From positions 1 to 64,000 of the forward strand of contig CDMY01000345.1 of NCBI GenBank assembly GCA_001179505.1: DNA of 64,000 nt. The letters are read 5' to 3'. Of this stretch, positions 36,865 to 48,355 are shown piece after piece. Made by a program: the position numbers and the translations under genes. The notes under the pieces were generated by a model that was not told the origin of the DNA, did no database searches, and saw nothing but the letters and a program-made list of their open reading frames with translations. Source of the stretch: Vitrella brassicaformis CCMP3155. Its lineage: Eukaryota > Protista > Chromerida. Positions within the stretch are counted from its first letter, which is position 1. The number at the start of each line of letters is the position of its first letter.

Positions 36865-39408
36865 TCAAGCACTCGAACGTACAAAGGAACAGGTTCTGTT
36901 CAGTGCCAGACCGAGTAGTGCATCAACATCGTCTCGAGATGGCACAATCCACGCATGGCCGTCCTCCTGCCTCCTCACAAATGCCTTCTCTCCCCGCCCC
37001 CCACCCCCTCGCAGCCACACTGACTTGATCTCCATCGACCGCATATCGGGATCACTGAAGAGATCGGCCGCGCCCGGCAGCGGATTGCCCGGCAGAGGCG
37101 GCCACACATTGGTTTCCATCCACTGCTGCCGGCGATCTTTATAGTCGATAAAAGGCTCGTCCTCTCCTGGCGGTAAGGCGTCGCCGCGGACACACTTGTA
37201 GCCCCACACATCGCTCAGCTTGCCATCCTTGCCCACCACGAACAGAAAAAAGTCATACTCATCGTTGAAGGCATCAGGCTCAGGCTGATAGAAGAAGACA
37301 GTTCGAGGATCCCATGTAGATCTTTCAGAGGGAGGTCCGCTCCTTTCGACAAACGCCTTGACGACATCCTCAGTGTTTCTCCACTCCGAGCCGAAGTACC
37401 CGCCAAATTTGCAGCCCGTCGACTGTGTGTCCCCGCTCAACGGTATCACGAGAGAGCCGGGAAGCACATTGCCGACCTGCGGTGGGACCTCGTTAGCTTC
37501 GCGGGGGCGGAGGCTCCATCGGGTCAGCCTCTCTATTTCGCCTTGCAGCAATCGTATGAGCATCGCCGCTGTACACGGCCCGACCCACTGGCGTCCCTCC
37601 TNNNNNNNNNNNNNNNNNNNNNNNNNNNNNNNNNNNNNNNNNNNNNNNNNNNNNNNNNNNNNNNNNNNNNNNNNNNNNNNNNNNNNNNNNNNNNNNNNNN
37701 NNNNNNNNNNNNNNNNNNNNNNNNNNNNNNNNNNNNNNNNNNNNNNNNNNNNNNNNNNNNNNNNNNNNNNNNNNNNNNNNNNNNNNNNNNNNNNNNNNNN
37801 NNNNNNNNNNNNNNNNNNNNNNNNNNNNNNNNNNNNNNNNNNNNNNNNNNNNNNNNNNNNNNNNNNNNNNNNNNNNNNNNNNNNNNNNNNNNNNNNNNNN
37901 NCCAGGAGATCGCCCGGCCCAGCAAATCGTCCCACGAGTCACATTGCTGTCCAGAAGGTGCTCCAGATCCTTTTCCTCGATCAAAGGCAGCTCTGGCCGG
38001 AGCAGGTCACGCCACTTCCGGAACATTGGATCGAGGAAGGAGAGAAAATCGCCGCTGACAGTGGTCGCATTGTTGGGCTCAGTGAAGACGAAATGCCGGT
38101 CACAACGATGAAGGAAATCGTACTTGAGGTATCCACCCACTTTGGCATCCGCTTTAGAGCGTTCGTCGCCCTGCAGAGTTGCAAAGCGGTGAAGATCGTC
38201 GATGAGCAGCACACATGGCTGACGGTCCAGCCACTCACGCGCAGTGCGCTCGCTAATGGATGCGTGCCTGAGCCACATCGTAAAGTTCAGCTTGTCCACG
38301 TCCACATTGGCTGCCCGTGCGACCCTTGCTTGCGCCTCGTCGGTCGCCGCCGCCCACGCCAGCCGCAGATTGAGTGAGTCGAACAACGGCGTAGAGGCGC
38401 CTTCGGTGTCTATGTTGTACTCGGTCTCGTCACCAAAAGAGATAAAGACAGCGGGGATGCCTTCCTGTCGCAGCTTTTTAGACAGCTCTTTCAGCATCAG
38501 GGTCTTGCCAGCGCCTTGGAAGCCGACGAGTGACATTGGCATCACTCGCGCGCTCGAATCGTCATACCTCCCGTACTCGCGCAGCAGCAGCGAATAGGCC
38601 TTGTCCATATAATCGCTCCCAATGAACACCTCAGGCTCTGTCGTCAAGTCCACTCGAGGGAGTGGCACCTCAGCCGTGGGCAACAGATCATCCACTGTCA
38701 GCTCCACACGACCTGCAGACGAAAGTGACACACCAGACAAGATGAGTCTTCCTGCCTGGTCGTCAATGGGGAGATGAACGTGTGCCCACCTTCCAGCGAT
38801 GGCTTGCCGGCTGCCTCCGGTGAATCGCCGGCCGTTTCCGCCTGTGTGGCGACGGCAGAGAGCAGCGCTGTGCGACGTCGCATGGACGGCCATCTGAAAG
38901 CCACACACATATGGACGGCATCCCATCTGCCTGTCCGTCTGTGTGCATTCATCTACCTGGCTGTTGCAGCTGAAGGCCGCATTCTGTTGATTGGGCCCAG
39001 AGATGCAGAATGAGTGGATGGATGACGCAGCTGAACGAAACACACACACACAGGCAGAAGCACAGAGAAGGAATCGTTCATGCGAATGGCGTGGATGCCC
39101 GTCGATCTGTCCAGTCAGCTCACCTCTCGGCAAGTGCCGGCATGGATGGCCCTCACAGACTCATCTCGACGCATCCCAAAGCCCCTCAGGGGCATCTCCT
39201 TCGGCACACTTGGCAGGAAGGCTTCTAGAGGGCCTCCCCTCCCTCTGTGCGGACGCATGCGCATCAGCTGGAGCCCACTCGCCGCTCTGTCGCTGCCGAT
39301 GGCAGCGGCAGTCTGCGTCGTGTTCAGCGGCAGAAGCAGCAACGCCATAGAGATGAGGCGAGAGAAGGCGACAAGATGGACTCGGGGAGGCATGCAGCGG
39401 ACCGTCAT
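36865..39408 (-). CDS. Crinkler/RHS-like NTPase-REase paralog CR2 (signal+transit-like leader; spans an assembly gap)
   Basis: Same exon structure as CR1, GFQGAGKT, VLLIDDL, EYDFFLFV..VWGYKC. No lesion is visible outside the gap. Confidence 0.75.
37602..37901. other. Assembly gap (300 N) inside CR2
   Basis: Run of n; the equivalent stretch in CR1 is about 380 bp, so the gap size is nominal. Confidence 1.
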
Positions 39409-40135
39409 TCTGTCAGGGATGGGACGAAACAGCCTGTTTGAAGCAACGTGCACACACAGCGGGGAGAGAGCGACGAGATGAACTGTCAGTTAACTGTGTG
39501 ATTCTGTGCTTGTTGATCCGTCCTTGCGAACCTGCGTGAGCGAAGCCGTGCTTGTAGAGGCACGGTTTGCGCACCGTGCTCGTGCAAGCTCAGCTGCGAT
39601 CCCTGCTTGAAAAGGGTGTGAAAACGGTGCAATTAGTTGAAGTAGGTCGTATGGTCAACTGATGTGAAATACATCGACTTGGAGCGGCAGCATTCATCAC
39701 TTCCCTCAGCACAGCGGCCACACATCTGACGCATCTGCCTGTACATGTCGCACTGAGGCAGGCAGGCAGGCAGGCAGGGAGAAAAGAGCTTGATCATTGA
39801 AGTTGGATGCAACCATCGGCCATTCACATTCACACAGCTCATTCCAAACACAGACAGCTGGAGCCGATCACAGTGGCCCCGCCGGTTTAATTTCTACCGA
39901 CTCACAGACAACACGCACGACCACATCCTTATAGTTTGTCCATCTACTAATTCCTTCATTTGGCTACACAGAGACTTGAAAAACAACACAGACACCCGAA
40001 AAAAGCCACTAATGAATGGTCTGTCTGTTTGTCTGTTTGTCTGTCTGTCTGTCTAGCCGCATGCATGAACGTCAGGCAGCCATCCATCCATCCATCCATC
40101 CATCCACGCAGCTATGGAGATGTCTACACACATAT

Positions 40136-41756
40136 CTACAGCTCATCTTTGCTTCCTTTCTGTCCTCCATCGCCCTCCCCCGGCCGCATCCCCTCGTCAA
40201 GCGCACCGAAGCCGTCATGGTCACTGTGCCCGTTGTGCGCATCTCTGAAGGCAACGAGGAACGTCTCAGCGGGGCTTGATCGGAACTTGCTCGACCTGGC
40301 CCAGAAGACCAGATTCTGTCTGCGGCCGCTCTCCAAGGGGTGTGCGCCGTGCCAGTGCTGCCCCACGTGCAGCAGCGCTCCTCCAGGCAGGTGAGCCACC
40401 GACGGCTGGCGGGCCTTCTCGTCCTTCTCGTGTGGGTGGTCTCTCTGGCCTTTGAAGTAGACCTTGCCGCCGGTGAAGGTCTCGTCGCCCAGACAGATAT
40501 TGAGTGTAACCTCGGACAGATCCATGTGTTTGTCGAGGTGGATGTCCTCCTTGGCCGAGTAGGCTATGGTGAAGGCGTGATGGCTGTCGAGCGAAGAGCC
40601 GCCCCAGTCGGGAAACGCCGCACTGGCCAGTGGGCGGACGACGGAGGTCATCAGGCCGTCGAGCCACTCCCGCATCCCGAGCTCCTCGAGCACAAAGCCG
40701 TAGTTGTTCATCGTGTTGGGCCGCGTGAAGTTGAGCTGCCCGCTCTGCTGCTGGTACGCGTGGGAGAGTTCCTCGGTGATCAGTCGCCTGAACGTCGGCG
40801 TCAAGACCTCTGGGATGTAGTAGACATCACTGGCGCCCTCCACCGGCTGAAGCGCCGCCATGACGGCCTCGTTGCTGCCACTGCTGAGCGCGCCTCTCAG
40901 GTCAGCCGATATGTCCCGCTCGTAGTCGAAGTGGCGCAGCTGCTCGTGCAGGGGCTGGTACTGGGCGGCGATGAGGGCCTTCTTGTCTTCAAGAGCGGCC
41001 TCTTCCTCTGACCTGTGGTGGGCCTCCTTCCACTGTCTGTGCTTGGCCAGGCTGCGCAGGTGGGATGACGGGAGGGGCGGGGAGCCGCCTTGTTCATCGT
41101 CGGTGTGTCTGGGGGTCAGCAAGATGTGGGTCTGCCGCTCCGTGAGCGGCACGCCAGCAGGGGTGACGAGCCGGAAGGTCAGCTCGTGGAAGCCCTGCTT
41201 CAGAATGATGCTGTCATCGATCACCACCTGCACGCATCCACCCATCCATCCATCCATCCGTCAGGCATGAGAGCATACAGGCTGTGGTCGGCCGACCTGC
41301 TGTGTTGGGTGTCTGTCGGCTGCTGGTCGTTGTGCCTTTGCCCGGCATTCACTCGCGTCGCTCCTGGTGGGGCAGAAGGCGTGCTTGTGGACTGACTTGT
41401 GGGGCGTGGGCGGCACATCGTACAGCCAGATGTCCGAATAACCACCTGAGTGACAAGAGAAAGACAGACAGGGAAGAAGACGCGAATCAATCACACGCAC
41501 ACTATGGTGCATCCAATGGCCATTTTCCCGTCCACGGCTATTCACCTGATCTGACGGCGACCTCCAGATGTGCGCCATGCGGCACACTGAGCCCTCTCTC
41601 CAGCCGCACTACAATCGGAACGTGTCGGCCCAGCCCAGGAACATCTCGGATGACCTCGAACGGTCGCGGATGAATGATCTCCATGTTGGCGCCAGCGGAC
41701 GAGGCAAGGTGGACGAGAACCCACAGGATAAGCACCATACAGCAGGAAAGGCCCAT
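40136..41756 (-). CDS. OGFOD2-like 2-oxoglutarate/Fe(II) dioxygenase with signal peptide and C-terminal KDEL
   Basis: Signal MGLSCCMVLILWVLVHLASSAGA; RPNTMNNYG, LDSHHAF, HMD..EVTLNICLG..FTGG, HWHGA, GRRQNL; ends GSKDEL*. Confidence 0.85.
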
Positions 41757-42111
41757 GGAATTGTCGTCTTTGCTGCAATCTTCACTGGCGTGCCAGCGTG
41801 GATGCTGCACAGATCCACGTAAGTCTACTCTTGCGTGCGCACCGGATGACGTGGGAATGATTGGGATTTGTGACGTCATCGCGATCCACTCAGCAGCTCG
41901 CAGTGAAATCTCCTCCGAGTCTGAAACCGCTCTCTGTCGCCAGACGGCGCATACACGTGCCTCTACAAGCACAGCTTCGCTCACGCAGGTTCGCAGGCAT
42001 GGATCAACAAGCACAGAATCACACAGTTCAGTTCATCTCGTCGCTCTCTCCCCGCTGTGTGTGCACGTTGCTTCAAATAGGCTGTTTCGTCGGACTCCCA
42101 TCCCTGACAGA

Positions 42112-44721
42112 ATGATGGTCCGCTGCATGCCTCCCCGAGTCCATCTTGTCGCCTTCTCTCGCCTCATCTGTATGGCGTTGCTGCTTCTGCCGCTGAACAC
42201 AACGCAGGCGGCCACTGCCATCGGCAGCAACAGAGCGGCGAGTGGGCTCCAGCTGATGCGCATGCGTCCGCACAGAGGGAGGGGAGGCCCTCTAGAAGCC
42301 TTCCTGCCAAGTGTGCCGAAGGAGATGCCCCTGAGGGGCTTTGGGATGCGTCGAGATGAGTCTGTGAGGGCCATCCATGCCGGCAAGAGCCGAGAGGTGA
42401 GCTGACTGGACAGATCGACGGGGATCCACGCCATTCGAATGGTTCCTTCTCATTCAGCTGCGCCATCCATCCACTGCTTCTCCATCCCTGGGCCCAATCA
42501 ACAGAATGCGGCCTTCAGCTGCAACAGCCAGGTAGATGAATGCACACAGACGGACAGGCAGATGGGATGCCGTCCATGTGTGTGTGGCTTTCAGATGGCC
42601 GCCCATGCGGCGTCACACAGCGCTGCTCTCTGCCGTCGCCACACAGGCGGAAACGGCCGGCGATTCATCGGAGGCAGCCGGCAAGCTATCGCTGGAAGGT
42701 GGGCGAACATTCACTCACGCAAAGTTGACATAGGCAGAGACAGTCATCTTGTCTGTGTTATCACTTTTCGTCTGCAGGTCGCTTGAAGCTGACAGAGGAT
42801 GATCTGTTGCCCACGGCTGACGTGCCGCTGCCTCGAGTGGACTTGACGACAGAGCCTGAGGTGTTCATTGGGAGCGATTATGTGGACAAGGCTTATTCGC
42901 TGCTGCTGCCCGAGTACGGGAGGATGGACTCGTCGAGCGAGCGAGTGATGCCAATGTCATTCGTCGGCTTCCAAGGGGGTGGCAAGACCAGGATGCTGAA
43001 AGAGCTGTCTAAGAAGCTGCGACAGGAGAGCATCCCCGCTATCTTTATCCCTTTTGGTGACGAGACCGAGTACAACATAGACACCGAAGGCGCCTCTACG
43101 CCGTTGTTCGACTCACTCAATCTGCGGCTGGCGTGGGCGGCGGCGACCGACGAGGCGCGAGCACGGGTCGCACGGGCAGCCAATGTGGACGTGGACAAGC
43201 TGAACTTTACGATGTGGCTCAGGCACGCATCCATCAGCGAGCGCACCGCGCGTGAGTGGCTCGACCGTCAGCCATGTGTGCTGCTCATTGACGACCTGCA
43301 CCGCTTTGCGACTCTGGAGGGCGGCGAACGCTCTGAAGCCGAGGGCGAAGTGGGTGAATACCTCAAGTACGATTTCCTCAATAATTCTGACCGGCACTTC
43401 GTCTTCACTGAGCCCAACAATGCGACCACTGTCAGCCGCAAGTTTCTTCGGTTCCTCGATCCAATGTTCCAAAAGTGGCGTCACCTGCTCCGGCCAGAGC
43501 TGCCTTTGATCGAGGAAAAGGACCTCAAACACTTTCTGAACAATAATGTGACTCGTGGAACGATTTGCTGGGCCGGGCGATCTCCTGGACTAGTGTGGGA
43601 GATGCGTCAGCACGGTGGCTCTCTGGAGGCCAAAGTCGGTAACGTCTCTCGTGTCGATCGGAGAAGATTTGGAGCGATTGGGGTATTATGCGATTTTCTG
43701 GCTACGGCGATGGAAGGGACCAGCCGCTCTTCTGAGCCTAATATCGGCAACTGGACGGCATTGTTGAATGTGTTTGACGAAGTGAGGACTTCTCATATTG
43801 GGCATGGACGACTGGCGTGGCACAGAACATACTCACTGCCTCCTTGCTATCTGGCCGGTATGTGCGCTTCTCTGGCGCAATGGGACGCTTTGAAGGAGAA
43901 AGCTGGCGAGTCGTTTTGTGAAGGACTGAATGCTGTTGCCAGCAGCCTGCACATGCTCAATCATGCTGAGGAGGGACGCCAGTGGGTCGGGCCGTGTGCA
44001 ACGGCGGTGCTCATACGATTGCTGCAAGGCGAAATAGCGAAGCTAACCCACTATGGCCCCCGCGATGCTGACGAGGTCCCACCGCAGGTCGGCAACGTCC
44101 TTCTCGGTTCTCTCGTGATACCGTTGAATTACGACAAAGAGGCGATGGGCTGCAAATTATATATATATTCTTTTTGGCGGGTACTTCAGTAGCTCGGAGT
44201 GGAGAAACACTGAGGAAGTCATTAAGGCGTTTGTCGAGAGGAGCGCACCTCCATGCTCTGCACGATTCGAATGGGATCCTGACACCGTCTTCTTCTATCA
44301 GCCTGAGCCCGATGCCTTCGAGGGTATCTATGACTTTTTTGTGTTCGTGGTGGACAACGATGGCAAGCTGACCGATGTGTGGGGCTACAAGTGTGTCCGC
44401 GAAGACGTCTTACCACCAGGAGAGGACGAGCCTTTTATCGACTATAAAGATCGCCGGCAGCAATGGATGGAAACCAATGTGTGGCCGCCTCTGGCCGGGG
44501 ATCCGCTGCCGGGCGCGGCCGACCTCTTCAGTGATCCCGATATGCGGTCGATAGAGATCAAGTCAGTGTGGCTGCCAGGGGGTGGGGGGCGGGGAGAGAA
44601 GGCATTTGTGAGGAGGCAGGAGGATGGCCATGCGTGAATTGTGCCATCTCGGGACGATGTTGATGCACTACTCGGTCTGGCACTGAACCGCACATGCTCC
44701 TCTGTGCGTTGCAGTGCTTGA
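42112..44721 (+). pseudogene. Crinkler/RHS-like NTPase-REase paralog CR3, C-terminal domain disrupted
   Basis: Intact leader and NTPase (GFQGGGKT). 16-bp AT-rich insertion at ~44159-44174 causes a frameshift, and TGG>TGA creates a nonsense codon at 44635-44637. Confidence 0.8.
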
Positions 44722-45469
44722 ATCTTTGTGGGTCAAGTTTTGCTGTGGTGTAAAAAACGGGTATGCTTATGTGGGTGGGTGAGGATGAGTTTTGCCGTCT
44801 TTTACCAGTGAGGATAGATAAGTAGCGCATGTCCTCACATTGATGACTTTTGTCTTCCCGTCACGTGACTTTTTCATACTGCTACAGTCTCGTGACAGTC
44901 CAGCAGATGACACTCGTATTCAGTCAATGCGTATATTGCGTTTATTGCGTGTTCCCCTACTCGGGCATCTGTCTGTGCTAGTTGACAACCCACTCGTGTG
45001 CTTCACCTATAAGATGGCTGGCTGGTGCAAATGGGCTGGCTCATGCGAACCAACACGAAATGTCGGCAGCACAGAGTACAGACACCCATCCCCTCATTCA
45101 GGCATAGTTTCAGCTTCAGAAAATAACGAATTAATGTATGCAAAACATGCAGGCCGCCAGGCACACACACACACACACATAAACACATAAACACCCATTC
45201 GTTCATGCAGATGGGTGCTTAGCACCCCTCCCACCACAGCACAGCACAGCACAGCACCAAAAAGACCCACAGCACAGCCCAGCCACACAAAGATATGTAT
45301 GTGTATATGTGGACACACAACACGCACGAGTGACGTCCATCCAGTGACTGACACGTATGTCTGTACGTGTCTGTCCACACGGGTGGGTCAACCGACGCGA
45401 TGTATCTGAGCACAGGTAGTTACTGACATCAACTTAACACACACAGCACGCACACACAGATGGCCTCCC

Positions 45470-46479
45470 TCACGGCATGTTGACCTGCTCCACCCCAGCC
45501 ACACTCATGAGTTCAATCTCGTAGCGCACCACATGCAGCACCTCGAGCTCATCGGCCACGAAGGTCCCGTTGCCACCGAACACACCGTCGCCGTACGCAT
45601 CCCTCACGCCCACATAGCCCGCAGGGACGCGGTCTTTGGTAATGTACTGGAGACACCTGCGGATGTCGGCAGCCGGGCGGTCTTGGCCGGAGGGGCGGTC
45701 AAGGCCCCCGTAGCCGAGCCACAGGCGCCCCCCCACCACCACATTAGCACCCACACCCGAAGCTTTCCTCCCCGCCACCTCGATGTACCTCCGGCGCTCG
45801 TCGACGGGGATCTTGGTCGCATTCGAAAAGTGCCCGGCCAGCGAGAAGTGCCAGGTCTCTCCGGACCAGTACACCCTGTAGTCTTCGGGCACGGCGGGGA
45901 GGTAGAGGCCGGTCCCGACGAAGGCGCCAAAGACGTAATCGTCCTTGCGGATGAGAAACACCAGGCCGTCCTTGGTGTTGACCCTTCGCAGCATGTTGCT
46001 GTAGCTGCTCCCGTGCACAGACGACCTACAGGTCAGTCACAGTCACACAGACACACACACAGCTGGTCAATGCCTCCTCTGGTCGATGTGTGTGTGCGTG
46101 TTGCCTGGCTGCCTACACAGATCACATCACATGTGCTTGTGCACACCTGTAGACCGATTCGACGCGCGTTTCGTTGACCAGCAGGCGACGCAGGTCGTCA
46201 TACTCCGACTGCGACAGGGAGGAGCCAACCGGCACACGGTCAACTGCCTGCACACGACGAACCTACAGGCAAGGCAAGGCAAGGCAAGGCAAGGCCAATC
46301 AACACACACGTGAGCGCCATTTGAAGGGGGGAGTGCACCACAGCAAGATCTGGCCAGATCACGGGTGTGTGCGCTTGCATGGTACACACCTGTGGACGAC
46401 ACGCCACGAAGGGGGTGAGGGTAAGGACGAGGGTGAGGGAGAAGGCCAACAGCATGGTGATCTCACGCACAGTCACCAT
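45470..46479 (-). CDS. TLDc-domain protein with signal peptide
   Basis: Exon 1 MVTVREITMLLAFSLTLVLTLTPFVAC, exon 2 GSSLSQSEYDDLRRLL..VYR, exon 3 SSVHGSSY..LVFLIRKDDYVFGAFV..FVADELEVLHV, resembling the chromerid-expanded TLDc type. Confidence 0.8.
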
Positions 46480-46713
46480 GTCGCGTCGAGGGAGGAAGGA
46501 CGGCTGACGAGTGAGGTAAGTGATGCGGAGGGGCTGAATATCAGAGATCTGGCCTTCACGCGTGGCAGGGGGTGAGGAGGAAGCCGGAAGGGATGGGAGG
46601 GGAGAGTGAGGACAGTTTCAAGCGCAGAGCCCTAAGCGTAAAACTTTGTGCCTTCTGTGAAACGCTTTATGCTGCAGCCTAGGCAAGATAACCAACCAAC
46701 CAACACAGCCGCC

Positions 46714-47856
46714 ATGTCTGCTGCTGCGTGTGTGTTTGCCCTTCTCCTCGCATGCCCTGCCTCCCTCGTGAGCGTGTCAGCTCAGGACCTCAGTGCCGTC
46801 CAGCAGAACTATAAAGGGGCCTTCGATGGCAAAGTAAGCACAGATCTGGCTCATCATGGGCAACCGCAACCAACACGCGGCACAAGAGATGCACGCACTG
46901 GTATGTGCTTCCTTTCATCAGCTGCAGTTTGGCTCTTCCCCCTGCCTGCTTGTGGTCGACCTCGTCAACGCATACCTGTAACTTGCACTCTCTCTCTTCC
47001 CCTCTCTCGGTGTCACTCACTCCCCGTCTGCCTGTCTGTCTGTCTGTTTACGTCCGTGCAGTCGAGAGGGTTCGCCTTTGTATGCGGCAGAGGGCGGCAA
47101 ACAGGCCCTAGCAGGCACAGAGCGGCTGCTGACATCGGCCAGGCAGCTGGGCATCCCCGTCGTCTTCACGGCCGTCAAGTACGCCAAGAAGGCAAACGGC
47201 AAAGACGCTGGCGTCTGGTGGCGCAAGGTGCCCGCACTATCGGCTTTCGTCGAAGGACAGGTGGGCACACACACACACGCATTTCTTATTAGATGGATAC
47301 CAGATTAGATACCAGATTAGATGGACACGACCACGATTGTCCTATTTAGAGTAGATGTGAGCTTTCTTTTTGAATGCGTGTGTGCAGGAGCTGGCCGAGT
47401 TCCCGCCCTCCCTCACTCCGCTGCCGAGTGAGGTCGTGTTGACCAAGCAGTACGCCTCGAGCTACTTCGGGACGTCGCTGGCCAGCATGCTCACCGCCAT
47501 GAAGGTCGACACGGTCGTCATCGCAGGCGTCAGCACCTCTGGATGGTCAGTCAGCCAGCCAGGCGGGCAGGCAGCCGACATGGCTCAGACAGACCAAGCT
47601 TGCACCCCTCCCTCTGTGTCGGTCTATGTGTCTTTGTAGCATCCGTGCGACAGCGCTCGACACTCTTCAGAGCGGCTTTGTTCCAGTGGTGGTGCGTGAT
47701 GCGGTCGGCGACCGGCGCCCAGAGGTGCACGAGGCCAATCTGTTCGACATACAGGCCAAGTACGGGGAGGTTCGCATGGCTGATCAAGTGCTGGCGTACT
47801 TCGAACAGGTGGCCGGCACCAAGAAGGCGCCGCCCACACGAGCAGAGGAGCTGTGA
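46714..47856 (+). CDS. Isochorismatase-family cysteine amidohydrolase (N-carbamoylsarcosine/maleamate amidase-like) with signal peptide
   Basis: Triad LLVVD, VLTKQYASSYFGT, GVSTSG|CIRATALD (Cys codon formed across an intron), VVRDAVGDR, ANLFDIQAKYGEV; ends AEEL*. Confidence 0.88.
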
Positions 47857-48355
47857 GCGGCCGACGTGGTATGAGCGGTGACTACACGCCATGTATGTAT
47901 GTGCATGTGTGAGGAATACATTTATGTCCGCGCTGCGTTGATGAGAGCGAATCGAGCAGAGTGGCGAATCAGTCAGAGAGTGCATAGAGAGTGCATGGCC
48001 TGAGTGAGGGGGAAGACGTTTGTCCTGCCTATGAGTGCGAGTCAGTGATAGTGCTTCGAAGACAGGTCACAGGCAAGCATTTGGAGGAGAGAGGATGCAT
48101 GTACATGTATTCATCTGTGAGTGAGTCATAAGACAGATGCCCTTTTTCTGGCCATTGTCTGTCGGCCAACTTTATTAGTACATCTCGAACAGCGTGTTTT
48201 GAGTGGCTCTGCGTTTGTCGTAACGGCCCCTACGACTTACAGCCACCCACATGCGCATATGAATCATCATACACCATATTCGGCTTGACCGACAAGCAAA
48301 CACAGGCAAGTATCAGCCTTGAAAACTACACACTACAAATGACGACACAACTAAT

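Larger units (their letters stand above)
36300..39520 (-). repeat. Right arm of the ~3 kb inverted duplication
   Basis: Reverse complement of ~27262-30249, with an extra ~300 bp at ~36475-36775. Confidence 0.9.
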
